A model generated the notes under the pieces. That model was not told the origin of the DNA, did no database searches, and saw only the letters and a program-made list of their open reading frames with translations. From contig LCJG01000002.1 in NCBI GenBank assembly GCA_000998025.1, positions 891 through 64,890 of the forward strand: DNA of 64,000 nt. The letters are read 5' to 3'. Of this stretch, positions 1 to 9,738 are shown piece by piece (the first letter of the stretch is position 1; each line of letters starts with the position of its first letter). The DNA is from Candidatus Collierbacteria bacterium GW2011_GWB1_44_6 (GTDB lineage: Bacteria; Patescibacteriota; Microgenomatia; UBA1400; MFAQ01). The position numbers and the translations under genes were made by a program.

Positions 1-607
1 GAAGGACAAAGAACAGGGCAAATGGTTTTACCAAAATAGCAATAGCGATCAAAACGGAACTCATTAGAAGAAAAAGGCGTTTCTTCATTCCGATAGATTC
101 GGACATTTTTATGAGATACCAATAAGATGCCAAAACAGTGGAGATCATTAAAGGTTCCGGCAGTATGACTCTGGAGTAGTAGATACTAAAGGGAAGTATG
201 GCAGTAAACAAAGCGGCCAGCCAGCCGACAAAAAACCCGGAAAGTTTTTCCCCAATAAGAAAAACAAAATAAATGGATACCAGGGAGAGAAGTACTGATG
301 TGAGGCGACCTGCCATGTCTAATCCGACGCCAGGGTAAACTTTATAGACCAGTGAGTGAAGGTAATTGTAGAACGGAAATTCCACCATGCGGTAACCGTG
401 GGGGTTGTCTTTTCCTGATTGAATATTGGAATTGTCATGATAAGTCGGGACCAACAAGGTCCCCTTATTTTCCACTAGATTTCTAGTCACTGAGGATGTG
501 TCTGCCTGACGGAAGGAGTGCCAATCAGCCACCGGATTATCTATCTTGTAAAGCCTAAGGAACAAAGCCAAAACTATAACTCCGACAACAAGTAATTTTT
601 TTATCAT
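1..607 (-). CDS. ArnT/PMT-like (GT39/GT83) membrane glycosyltransferase, 5' part only (runs off the window edge)
   Basis: Not in the ORF track. Manual translation from ATG 607 (ATGA overlap with the upstream stop) gives MIKKLLVVGVIVLALFLRLYKIDNPVADWHSFRQADT...EFPFYN, a GT-C type N-terminus followed by TM segments. Confidence 0.8.
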   Translation of the reverse strand, partial: MIKKLLVVGVIVLALFLRLYKIDNPVADWHSFRQADTSSVTRNLVENKGTLLVPTYHDNSNIQSGKDNPHGYRMVEFPFYNYLHSLVYKVYPGVGLDMAGRLTSVLLSLVSIYFVFLIGEKLSGFFVGWLAALFTAILPFSIYYSRVILPEPLMISTVLASYWYLIKMSESIGMKKRLFLLMSSVLIAIAILVKPFALFFVL

Positions 608-1953
608 ATCTTTTTAGTACTAAATGCTAAACCCATATAGGCCCAAAATAAAATGGCGATTTTGCTGGATTCAAATACATCAATAAAAATGGCGCTAGTA
701 AGAAATGAAGCGAATATGCCAATGGCCGAAATAATAATTATTTTATCTATACCACTGACTTTGTTGACGCTTAACACCAGAAACTTCCCCATGGCATACA
801 GAAGAGCTAAAAATGACAATAGTCCCAGTAGACCCATTTCTCCAAGTGTTCGTAGGTAGTCATTGTCAGTTGCTAGGGTAATAGAGGAAAAACCAGTACC
901 CAGTATGGGATTTTTGTAAAACGCCCTCATGGCTCTCGGCCACTCGACATCAAAGCGGATACTGGTAGACCTATCTTGCTGAATAGGACGAAGCGGCTCA
1001 GGAGTGGGTGTGGGCTTGGGAGTCAGAGTAGGAGTTAGGATTTTTGGCGTAGCGGCATAGGTGGGCGGAAAAATTATTTGGCTGGTCTTGACCGTGAAGA
1101 CTCGAAAAATACTTTTGAACCGGTCGATATATTGTGAAGACGTGGCGATAAAGGCAAAGATGACCCCTAGAAATATCAAACCGAGGACAAACCGGCGATA
1201 AAAATAGGAGACGAGACAGACTGCCACTACTAAAGATACCAAAGAAATTCGAGAGCCAGCTTGCATAAACAACCAAAGCAGAACAACAAAGAGGATTAAG
1301 AAAGGTAGCCTTTTTAGCCAGGTATTGAGTGATCCGGTAATAGCTACCAGGAAGGTCATAATCATGGTCAGATAGACGGCGAGATCATAATGACCCCCGA
1401 AGGTACTGTTGAGGGTAACACCAGGTCTTAGATACATGGCGATGCCCTTACTGGATTCGGAGTCCATGGTAGAGATCACTGGGGCATTGAAATATATCTG
1501 GGCAATGCCATAAAGAAAGACGCCTATCGCCGGCAGAATGGCAAGCTCAAGATAATACCGCCTGGTGGAGCTTTCCCGGGCGGCGAAGTATATAAGGAAA
1601 AAGACGGACATATATTCTATGCGACGGAAAAAATGGAGGAATACGAGTATGGGCTGAACATTTTTGGTGATGAGTATGGCTGACAAGCTAGAAACTAGAG
1701 CGACAAAAGCAAAAACTGCAAATTGTAAAGTAACTTTCGGGAAGATAATTTTTTTTTGATTTATAAGGAGGACAAAAAAGACCGACCAGACCAATGCAAT
1801 GAGAAAATCCTCTACCCTGATAGAGACATAGGTAAAGGGAACCGTAAAAAGCGGGAATTTCGGATAAAGCGGTATAAATATCAAGACCGCCGCAAAAAGA
1901 TATTTAAAAAATGAATCCAAGAGCGTGGAAGTAGGCTTTGCGAGCTTTTGCAT
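604..1953 (-). CDS. O-antigen ligase/polymerase-like (Wzy_C family) membrane protein
   Basis: Multi-TM protein with STFGGHYDL, SRISL, NPILGTG and DNDYLRTLGEMGLLG motifs. Has a Pro/Thr-rich insert in the large loop. Confidence 0.8.
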   Translation of the reverse strand: MQKLAKPTSTLLDSFFKYLFAAVLIFIPLYPKFPLFTVPFTYVSIRVEDFLIALVWSVFFVLLINQKKIIFPKVTLQFAVFAFVALVSSLSAILITKNVQPILVFLHFFRRIEYMSVFFLIYFAARESSTRRYYLELAILPAIGVFLYGIAQIYFNAPVISTMDSESSKGIAMYLRPGVTLNSTFGGHYDLAVYLTMIMTFLVAITGSLNTWLKRLPFLILFVVLLWLFMQAGSRISLVSLVVAVCLVSYFYRRFVLGLIFLGVIFAFIATSSQYIDRFKSIFRVFTVKTSQIIFPPTYAATPKILTPTLTPKPTPTPEPLRPIQQDRSTSIRFDVEWPRAMRAFYKNPILGTGFSSITLATDNDYLRTLGEMGLLGLLSFLALLYAMGKFLVLSVNKVSGIDKIIIISAIGIFASFLTSAIFIDVFESSKIAILFWAYMGLAFSTKKI

Positions 1954-2812
1954 CTCCTTTAATTATCCCAAATATTAACAACCTAAGCAATGAACCAATC
2001 CAGAAAGAGATTTTTACAAAAACAATTTGCCAGTGTGGCATATGTTTACGCCAAAAGTAGATCATGTTTTTTATTTCCAAGGTGAGGGCAAGATAAGACC
2101 CTCCTGAAGCCCCACCAAGATGCACGATGGCGGGAGTATTGGTGTAATAAGTAGGGTATCCTAGTTTGGACAGGCGGTAGCATAGCTCCATTTCTTCCGT
2201 ATACATAAATATGTTTTTGTCAAAGCCGCCTGCCTTATCAAAAATATCTTTTCTAACAATCATAAAGGCACCGGTGACCCAGTCCATTTGTTTGTTTTTT
2301 TCGTACTGACTTTGCTTGGGATGAAAGGAAGGAATGAAATCACCGATAATCGGTAAATCGTCAATAAAAAACTGCCAGGCCATCAGACTCCAAAAGGAAG
2401 GAAAGTGACCACCAGAAGCCTGAAAAGAACGGTCTGCGTTTAGTAGACGGCAGGAATATGCGCCAACCTTAGGATGCTTAATGACGGTTTCGTAGGCTTC
2501 TTTTAGGGCGTTATCAAACAAGAGAGTGTCGGAGTTTAAGAAAAGGAGATAATTACCCCTGGCTTTTTTGACTCCTAGATTGTTACCACGCCCAAAGCCT
2601 AGATTTTCTTGTGCGTCGATTAGAATTATCTGAGGAAATTTCTTGGAGTAGTGGCGAACTGCTTCTACTGAGCCATCTTTCGAGCCATTATCCACCACAA
2701 TGACTTCATAACTTATACCTTTGGTGTATTTCAAAATTGAGTCAAGGCAGTCCAGTGTGATCTGCTTGGTGTTGTAAGAAATGGTGATGATGGAAAGATC
2801 GATTTTAGGCAT
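1904..2812 (-). CDS. GT2 family glycosyltransferase (rhamnosyltransferase-like)
   Basis: VVDNGSKDGS, NLGFGRGNN, FLNSD and FMYTEEMELC motifs. Confidence 0.9.
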   Translation of the reverse strand: MPKIDLSIITISYNTKQITLDCLDSILKYTKGISYEVIVVDNGSKDGSVEAVRHYSKKFPQIILIDAQENLGFGRGNNLGVKKARGNYLLFLNSDTLLFDNALKEAYETVIKHPKVGAYSCRLLNADRSFQASGGHFPSFWSLMAWQFFIDDLPIIGDFIPSFHPKQSQYEKNKQMDWVTGAFMIVRKDIFDKAGGFDKNIFMYTEEMELCYRLSKLGYPTYYTNTPAIVHLGGASGGSYLALTLEIKNMIYFWRKHMPHWQIVFVKISFWIGSLLRLLIFGIIKGDAKARKAYFHALGFIF

Positions 2813-3347
2813 TTTTGAAGGCTAAAGAAACTAAGTAGGCAGATGGGAAAATAAGCGTCCAGATGATTAGCCTTGCCCAAACTGGAGAATTCACAGGACG
2901 CAGCGTAATTTTTGCCTGGTAAGCAACACCGTGAAGAGAGATGTCTGGTATTTCGTCTGGGGTAAGATTAGCGTTTTGAGGCGCTTTTTCTGGTTCCCAG
3001 CCATTGACGAAGGTGGAGTTCCTCATGGGGTAAACAATTTCTTCCAAATAGTTGCTTTTGGTCTGATCTCTTACGAGAGTAAAGGCGTCTTCTGGTGGAT
3101 AATTTAGTCTGTATGTGGGTAGGGTCAGTCCAAGGAATTTAATTTGAGATTTTGACTGAATATCGCTCAGAACTTCACTACGAGTAAGATCCGAGTAGAA
3201 ACCTTTTTGATCAGGATTTTGCCAAGTATCCCCTTCTTCATCCGATCTGGCCGAATCTCTAAGATCAGGAAGGGTCGGAGTAGGAAGACTTAAGTAAACT
3301 GCTCCGATTAGAAATACAAGTAGCAACGGTAAGTATTTTGTTTTCAT
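2805..3347 (-). CDS. Hypothetical membrane-anchored protein
   Basis: N- and C-terminal hydrophobic helices; overlaps both neighbours in operon fashion. Confidence 0.7.
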   Translation of the reverse strand: MKTKYLPLLLVFLIGAVYLSLPTPTLPDLRDSARSDEEGDTWQNPDQKGFYSDLTRSEVLSDIQSKSQIKFLGLTLPTYRLNYPPEDAFTLVRDQTKSNYLEEIVYPMRNSTFVNGWEPEKAPQNANLTPDEIPDISLHGVAYQAKITLRPVNSPVWARLIIWTLIFPSAYLVSLAFKNA

Positions 3348-3979
3348 TGGAATAACCTAGGGCGGCCTAACTTGTAATGATATTCTTTAAGAGATCTTTC
3401 TCCGATAACCTTGGCAGGGACTCCTCCGACAATGGCACCCGCGGCTACATCTTTGGTAACGACAGCACCACCTGCCACAACTGCACCTTTTCCAATACTC
3501 ACTCCTGGCATAATTATGACTCGAGGGCCGATAAAGCAGTAGTCTCCAACGGAGACTGGCTCCTCGATGGCTCTGAAGGTGGGGTCAGATAAATCGTGTT
3601 CCGAATTGTAGACCATGACCTGAGACGCAATATCCGTGTGTTTCCCGATCGTTATTTTGGCTCGTCCATCAAAAAAGGCATGGTCTCCCACGATGGCGCC
3701 TTCCCCTATTGTGATATTCTTGGGAAGAAAAAAACGGGCACCCATATGAATACTAGCTCCTTTACCAAGTTTTATACCGGACAAGCGGTAAAGTAAATTT
3801 CGGACGAAGTGGCTGGGTATATATCCAATTATCCACAATAAATACAACTCGATGTCTATCAGATAACTATGTAATCTTTTGATTATTTTATTAAAAGCAA
3901 TCCCAAAGGAAAGGCGGTGGCCATCCTTATCAGTGAACACAAGGCCTTTTTTGGAGACATTTAAGTTCAGTATGGTCAT
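3344..3979 (-). CDS. Hexapeptide-repeat (LbH) sugar O-acyltransferase
   Basis: Hexapeptide repeats and the IGKGAVVAGGAVVTKDV...GGVPAKVI C-terminus. Confidence 0.9.
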   Translation of the reverse strand: MTILNLNVSKKGLVFTDKDGHRLSFGIAFNKIIKRLHSYLIDIELYLLWIIGYIPSHFVRNLLYRLSGIKLGKGASIHMGARFFLPKNITIGEGAIVGDHAFFDGRAKITIGKHTDIASQVMVYNSEHDLSDPTFRAIEEPVSVGDYCFIGPRVIIMPGVSIGKGAVVAGGAVVTKDVAAGAIVGGVPAKVIGERSLKEYHYKLGRPRLFQ

Positions 3980-5091
3980 AGTTTTTTTAATGTCGTTATT
4001 ACTTTCTGGGCTGAAACATCCCAGTCAAACCGTCTTGCATTATCCTTGCCGTCTTTAATCATTTTAATTCTTTCGGAAAGTGATAGTGATAACACTTTTT
4101 CGAGTGACTGTCTAATGCTCTCAGGTGACAAAGGATCGTCGATATAGATAGCCGCGTCTCCGGCCACCTCAGGTAAAGAACTTACTTTGGAAACAACAAC
4201 CGGTGTGCCGACTGCTTGAGCTTCGACGACGGGCATGCCAAACCCTTCGTAAAGACTGGGAAGAATGAAGGCGCGACTCGCTTTTATTAGAGCCGGGAGG
4301 TCATCTGGTACTAGGAAGCCTGTAAAAATAACTCTGTTCTCTACACCCAACCTCCTGGCTTGATCGAGAATTTGATCGTACAACCACCCCTTTTTGCCAG
4401 CAATAACGAGTTTCAACCTGGATTCTTTTAATTTGGAAAAGGCTTCGATAAGGCGGGTAATATTCTTTCTTGGTTGTAACGTACCCCAGTAGAGTAAGAA
4501 GCTACCGTTAATGTTGTATTTTTTTCGAACAGCCATTTGTTTAGTTTTGGGAATTTTGCCATGGAAAGCTTTTTTGTCATACGACGGATAAACCACCTCA
4601 ATCTTCTCAGGGTTTGTTCCATAGAGCCTAATGATTTCGTTTTTACTAAATTCTGAAATAGTAAAAACCTTTTTGGCTCTTTTAACAGAAACTGGAGTCC
4701 ATCGTTTTAATTGGTTAATATCGTAGCTCGTAAAGTATTCTGTGCCAAATAGCTCAAACGACATATCCATGAGATATATGGCGCTTTTTACCGGTGATAA
4801 AAATGGAGAATAGTGGCTAGGCGAGAATAAAATATCTATCTTTGGCTCCCCGAACCAGAGCCTTTTGGTAAGACTAGTCAGAACCCAAGCTCTTTTTGCC
4901 CCAAAAATTTCATAAGTTAATTTATCTCCAGCAGGAGGCATGTCTGGTAGCGGGCGCTCTTTAGCAAAGGCTATTATTCTGTCTCCGTCTTGGAGATTTT
5001 TTACTAAATGAATAAAAATATTGTAGGCAACCTGATTAACCCCAACACGCTGGGGAACATTGGCTTCATTGATATCAAATCCAATAATCAT
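3976..5091 (-). CDS. GT4 family glycosyltransferase
   Basis: GTLQPRKN and PSLYEGFGMPVVEAQAVGTPV motifs. Confidence 0.92.
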   Translation of the reverse strand: MIIGFDINEANVPQRVGVNQVAYNIFIHLVKNLQDGDRIIAFAKERPLPDMPPAGDKLTYEIFGAKRAWVLTSLTKRLWFGEPKIDILFSPSHYSPFLSPVKSAIYLMDMSFELFGTEYFTSYDINQLKRWTPVSVKRAKKVFTISEFSKNEIIRLYGTNPEKIEVVYPSYDKKAFHGKIPKTKQMAVRKKYNINGSFLLYWGTLQPRKNITRLIEAFSKLKESRLKLVIAGKKGWLYDQILDQARRLGVENRVIFTGFLVPDDLPALIKASRAFILPSLYEGFGMPVVEAQAVGTPVVVSKVSSLPEVAGDAAIYIDDPLSPESIRQSLEKVLSLSLSERIKMIKDGKDNARRFDWDVSAQKVITTLKKL

Positions 5092-6200
5092 AAATTGTTC
5101 TTCCCAGCAGTCAGACCAAGGACTTCATTGTATGTCTTATAAGTTTCCTCGGCTGTATGTTTCCAGGTGAACTTTGCTGCCTGTTTGAGGCTCTTTTTTC
5201 TAAGTTCAGACCTGTTCTGGATAGCCTCTATTATACCAGCTGCGATAGACTGAAGGCTGCTTGGGTCGAAAAGTACCCCAGCGTCCCCCACCACTTCTGG
5301 AAGACTACTAATATCCGAAACAGCAACTGGAGCCCCACAAGCCATGGCCTGGAGCGGAGATAGGCCAAAACCTTCATAAAGACTAGGTAAGACAAATGCC
5401 AGACATCCGGAATATAAGGCTGGGAGATCGGCATCCGGGATATAACCGGGGGTCAGGATATTCTCAGCCGAATGCACCTCGCTGTCCTGACGAACCCGGC
5501 CTCCGATCAAAAGTTTTAAGTTTGGATATTTTTCTCTGACAAGATCAAAGGCTTTTATTAAGGCTGGCTGATTTTTGCGCGGCTCCAAGGTAGACAGAGT
5601 AAATATGTACTCGTCACCGGTTTTGTATTTTCGAGTAACGGTTTCAACTATCTCAAGGGGTTGAGGTGTATATCTCTCCTCCACTCCCTCAGGAATAACC
5701 ACAATTTTTTCCTCCGGAATTCTGAGAATAGAGATCAGATCACTCCTGGTGGACTCGCTGACGGCGATAATTTTTTTTGATTCTCTCATGACCCAAGCCA
5801 ATCTTTTTTTGTGAGCGTTCCTGATCGAGTCGGTGGTGGTATGTGGATACTTAAAGGGGACCAGGTCGTGAACAGTGGTGACTTTGGGATATCTGGAGGG
5901 TGGCTCTGTCCAATCTGAGGTATGAATGATATCAACCGGTCCGGTGAAGGTCTCCACAGGGACCAGGTGGAGAGAGTTCCAGATGAAGTCCATCATTGTC
6001 GGCGGGAAAGGAAAGATCTTAGGCGTGCCTTTGAACTTCTTGGCTAGCACAAGAAGCTCGCGCCGCCGCCGAAGTGAACCACCAAAAAGAATAAATTCAT
6101 CTTCAGGATGTAGTTTTATCAGATTGCTGACAAGATTCTTGGTATAGACAGATACACCGGTGCCATATATGGCCTGACTAATGTCAATAGCTATCTTCAT
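5088..6200 (-). CDS. GT4 family glycosyltransferase
   Basis: TVHDL, TLEPRKN and PSLYEGFGL motifs; the second catalytic Glu position reads Q (SPLQAMACG). Confidence 0.92.
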   Translation of the reverse strand: MKIAIDISQAIYGTGVSVYTKNLVSNLIKLHPEDEFILFGGSLRRRRELLVLAKKFKGTPKIFPFPPTMMDFIWNSLHLVPVETFTGPVDIIHTSDWTEPPSRYPKVTTVHDLVPFKYPHTTTDSIRNAHKKRLAWVMRESKKIIAVSESTRSDLISILRIPEEKIVVIPEGVEERYTPQPLEIVETVTRKYKTGDEYIFTLSTLEPRKNQPALIKAFDLVREKYPNLKLLIGGRVRQDSEVHSAENILTPGYIPDADLPALYSGCLAFVLPSLYEGFGLSPLQAMACGAPVAVSDISSLPEVVGDAGVLFDPSSLQSIAAGIIEAIQNRSELRKKSLKQAAKFTWKHTAEETYKTYNEVLGLTAGKNNL

Positions 6201-7570
6201 AATGGCTGGAACTCATAAACTTGCCCCAGATTGTTAAAATTATATACTCCCGTCTGCTTTAACTTCAAACCACTAAGGGACTTGAGGATAGTACGGTTTG
6301 GATCCGTAATATCAGCCAGATAATCGAGATAGTACACAGGTTTTGACGTTTCGAAGTTTTGATCGACAGGTATCCTGTGGTAGTTGGCGTCCAGCAAAGG
6401 AACCACCAGGGTATAAGTCTCGTAGAAATATAGCGGTGCAAATTTATATGGAAACGCAATCACCAACTGACTTTCCTTACCGGAGAGGAAACGTGCTAGG
6501 CCTCTCCAATCCTCCCGGTGGAATTTTGGATTGGTCCAAAAGAAAATATTGAAAAAGATAAATGTACCGCAAACCCAAATAATGGTTCCGAATTTAATTA
6601 CTCTGGGCATGGCTTCTATGCCAGAAGCAAGTAAAACAAAGAAGAAAGGTAAAACATAAAGAAAACGCCAGTACCCAAGCATTGGAGTTTTTAGACTAAT
6701 GATTGATCCAAAAAGCAAAGGTGTAATTAGAGCTATCCAAAAGAGTTTGGTCTTTTTGTTTCGAAACGAGTTGGTGATTATGCTGAAAAAAATTAATACT
6801 AAAGAACCTCCGACTAAATAATAGAGCGTCTGGGGCTGAAAAGAAATCCGTCCGAGGATAAATTTTAAGGGAATTAATATGAGCGACTTTAGAGTTAGCG
6901 AACCGGATAGTGCTTGCCAGCCTGGTAGAAAGGTTTTTAGATAATTACCATTGCTGAGCTGGGCCGAGAACACTGGCCACCAAAGCACAAACACCACAAG
7001 TGCAGGTACACTAATAAAGATAACGTGCCCAAAATAGTTCTTCGATTTATTAAATAATAAATAAATTACCTCGGCGACGATGTTGAAGATGGCTCCATAA
7101 AAAGTGAAGAGGCACAAGACGTTTATGATAGCTACCATTTGAATTTTTTTCCGCACCAGAAAGAGCCAAGAAAGTACTATGAGCAAAGAAACAAGGGAAT
7201 ACATTCTCAATTCTTGAGAGTAATATATATGCAAAGGATTTAAAGCAAGAAATAGAGCAGAGACCACCGGTATTGTTGATTTGGTGCCAAATATTTCCCG
7301 GCAGAGAAGAAATATGACAGGGATGGTGGCGGTTGCCAAAATAATGAAGGGTAAACGGATCAACCACTCGGATCTTCCAGCCAGAGGCAGCCAATAATGA
7401 AGCAGGGAATAGAATATCGGTGGGTGAAAGTCAGTCTTGATACTCTCAACCAGCTGGGGTATTGGTAGCTTCGCGAACATGAGCGAAGCCCCCTCATCTA
7501 GCCAAAAACTTTGATTGGAATAAATTAGCCGTAGGATTAACCCCAATAGAGTAATTATTCCTATATACAT
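6197..7570 (-). CDS. GT39/ArnT-like GT-C membrane glycosyltransferase
   Basis: SFWLDEG, DFHPP, RLP and YYSQELRMYS motifs; many TM helices. Confidence 0.85.
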   Translation of the reverse strand: MYIGIITLLGLILRLIYSNQSFWLDEGASLMFAKLPIPQLVESIKTDFHPPIFYSLLHYWLPLAGRSEWLIRLPFIILATATIPVIFLLCREIFGTKSTIPVVSALFLALNPLHIYYSQELRMYSLVSLLIVLSWLFLVRKKIQMVAIINVLCLFTFYGAIFNIVAEVIYLLFNKSKNYFGHVIFISVPALVVFVLWWPVFSAQLSNGNYLKTFLPGWQALSGSLTLKSLILIPLKFILGRISFQPQTLYYLVGGSLVLIFFSIITNSFRNKKTKLFWIALITPLLFGSIISLKTPMLGYWRFLYVLPFFFVLLASGIEAMPRVIKFGTIIWVCGTFIFFNIFFWTNPKFHREDWRGLARFLSGKESQLVIAFPYKFAPLYFYETYTLVVPLLDANYHRIPVDQNFETSKPVYYLDYLADITDPNRTILKSLSGLKLKQTGVYNFNNLGQVYEFQPL

Positions 7571-7579
7571 ATATACATA

Positions 7580-8296
7580 TTAGTTTTTTGTATATCTTTT
7601 TACTGATAAGGTCAGGTAATATACCGCCTGCAGATAAGAAAGAAAAAGACCACGATAACCATCCAGAAAACCGAGCTTATAAAAAAACCTTTTAAAAAAG
7701 TCTCGAATAAACCACCAGTTAGGAAAATATTGTTTCTGTTTGATCGCCAGATCTGAGTACTTGTTAATCTTATCCACAAATTCGGATATAGTTTCATAGT
7801 TATTGTGAATGAGATAATTTTTTAACTCATCGACCCTTTTCTCTGTTACAAACTCTTCGTGAACCAAACTTTGCCAAGAGCCTACCCCTTTACGATAAAG
7901 CCAAATGTGACGGTCGTCTTTGGGCCCCCAGTCAGAGTGCTTTACTTCTTCGCCCCAGATGAAATTTCTTCTGCCGATGTAATAAGCATCATACTCGCTG
8001 GAATCGATGGCCGAACTGATTTCTTTGGCCAGTTCAGGCGAGATGGATACATCTGCCTCGGTTGATAAGATCCATTCACCATTTGCTTGTTTATCACCAA
8101 AGTTGCGGGTTTCTGAAAAAGAAGTGAATGGGTGGTTAATTATTCTTGCTTTGGCTGACTTGGCTAATTCCAATGTTTTATCTTTGGATCCGGAATCGAT
8201 GATGATTATTTCGCCGGCCAAACCTTTTAGTGAGTCTAGACATCGGGGTAAGTCTTTCTCTTCGTTGAGAGTCGGAATAATAACTGATAGTGCCAT
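7580..8296 (-). CDS. GT2 family glycosyltransferase (KdtX/LgtF-like)
   Basis: LNEE, IDSGSKDKT, VHE and GFLDGYRG motifs; the DxD motif reads EAD. Confidence 0.88.
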   Translation of the reverse strand: MALSVIIPTLNEEKDLPRCLDSLKGLAGEIIIIDSGSKDKTLELAKSAKARIINHPFTSFSETRNFGDKQANGEWILSTEADVSISPELAKEISSAIDSSEYDAYYIGRRNFIWGEEVKHSDWGPKDDRHIWLYRKGVGSWQSLVHEEFVTEKRVDELKNYLIHNNYETISEFVDKINKYSDLAIKQKQYFPNWWFIRDFFKRFFYKLGFLDGYRGLFLSYLQAVYYLTLSVKRYTKN

Positions 8297-8328
8297 AAGG
8301 AGAATTATACTTGTTATATACTAGGCCA

Positions 8329-9021
8329 GTGATAAAGAAGTTGTCTGTCATCATGCCGGTATACAACGAAGATAAGCTCGTAGTAAAGGCAGTTAGAAAA
8401 GTTCTTGGAGTGAATTTTGGAAAAATAAAGCTAGAGCTAATAGTGGTAAATGATGGGAGCACAGACGGAACCGAGGAAAAACTCAAAAGACTTAAGTCGA
8501 TAAAGGTTATATCCCTTAAAAAGAATCAGGGTAAGGGGGCGGCGATAAGACGCGGTCTAAAGGAAGTTACCGGAGACGCAGTAGTTATTCAGGATGCAGA
8601 CTTGGAGTATGATCCTCGCGAATTGCAGATATTGTTGAAACTGATCACCGATGGGGACGCAGACGTAGTTTACGGATCGCGGTTTATGGGAGACAGGCCA
8701 CACAGGGTGTTATTTTTCTGGCACATGGTGGCGAACAATATTCTTACTCTAATTTCCAACATGTGTACTAATCTGAACCTTACCGACATGGAAACTGGGT
8801 ATAAAATGTTTACAAAAGAAGTGGCAAAAAGATTAGACCTCAGGGAAAACCGCTTTGGACTGGAGCCGGAGTTTACGGCAAAGGTCGCCAAAATGGGTGT
8901 GCGGGTATACGAAGTCGGTATCAGCTATCATGGACGAAACTACGAACAAGGCAAGAAAATTGGCTGGAAGGACGGTGTCTGGGCGCTATGGTGTATCCTA
9001 AGATACAATCTATTTCCCTGA
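8329..9021 (+). CDS. GT2 polyprenyl-phosphate sugar synthase (DPM1-like)
   Basis: NQGKGAA, IQDADLEYDP, TDMETGYK and GKKIGWKDG motifs. Start moved from TTG 8311 to in-frame GTG 8329, 6 nt after TATACT. Confidence 0.88.
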   Translation: MIKKLSVIMPVYNEDKLVVKAVRKVLGVNFGKIKLELIVVNDGSTDGTEEKLKRLKSIKVISLKKNQGKGAAIRRGLKEVTGDAVVIQDADLEYDPRELQILLKLITDGDADVVYGSRFMGDRPHRVLFFWHMVANNILTLISNMCTNLNLTDMETGYKMFTKEVAKRLDLRENRFGLEPEFTAKVAKMGVRVYEVGISYHGRNYEQGKKIGWKDGVWALWCILRYNLFP

Positions 9022-9738
9022 CTTTCGAGCGATCAGTACCAGACTTTGACCAATAGGCGGACGCAAATACTTTTCCAGATATAAAAGTGGGACTATAAAT
9101 TTGTCAAACAGTTTTCCAAAATAATTATCCTGCTTATTTGCCCCCGGCTTAGATCTGCTTAATTTTCCGATCAAGACTCCCCTACCCCACCAAAGAAAAT
9201 ATCCAGGTAAGTTGACATAGTGAATTTTTTCAATTTTAAAACCAGCTTTTTCAACTTTTTCCTTCAGACTTTTATGGGTATAGCGGCGGTAGTGCCCCAT
9301 GTCCGTGTCCAGCTTTCCGTAGATCTCAGGGCGGGCGGGAACAAACAGTAGCAGACGACCACCTGACTCTAATAATTTAAAGCAGTTTAAAAAAGCTTTC
9401 TTGTCGTCTTTGATATGTTCAAAAACGTTGGAGGAAAAAATGGTATCCATCTTGCCAATTAATATTTCAGGAGCTTCGTTTTCGATATCGAGTTTCAATA
9501 CCGGATCGGTGAAGGTCTGTTTGAGTTTGTTTATATAGTCAGAGTAAATGTCGGAGAGAATAATGATGGCTTTCCCGGGAAACAGCTTCGAAAGGGCTCC
9601 CTGTCCACTTCCGATTTCCAAAATGGTTCGGCCAAAATACTGCTTGAAGTTGCCCATTAACCAGTGGTTATACCGATCGAGACTGGTAGCCTGCTCTAGT
9701 ATGGAATGGCTTTGCTCTGACCATTCAAGATTTTTCAT
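9010..9738 (-). CDS. Class I SAM-dependent methyltransferase
   Basis: ILEIGSGQG, NVFEHI and GHYRRY motifs. Confidence 0.88.
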   Translation of the reverse strand: MKNLEWSEQSHSILEQATSLDRYNHWLMGNFKQYFGRTILEIGSGQGALSKLFPGKAIIILSDIYSDYINKLKQTFTDPVLKLDIENEAPEILIGKMDTIFSSNVFEHIKDDKKAFLNCFKLLESGGRLLLFVPARPEIYGKLDTDMGHYRRYTHKSLKEKVEKAGFKIEKIHYVNLPGYFLWWGRGVLIGKLSRSKPGANKQDNYFGKLFDKFIVPLLYLEKYLRPPIGQSLVLIARKSGK

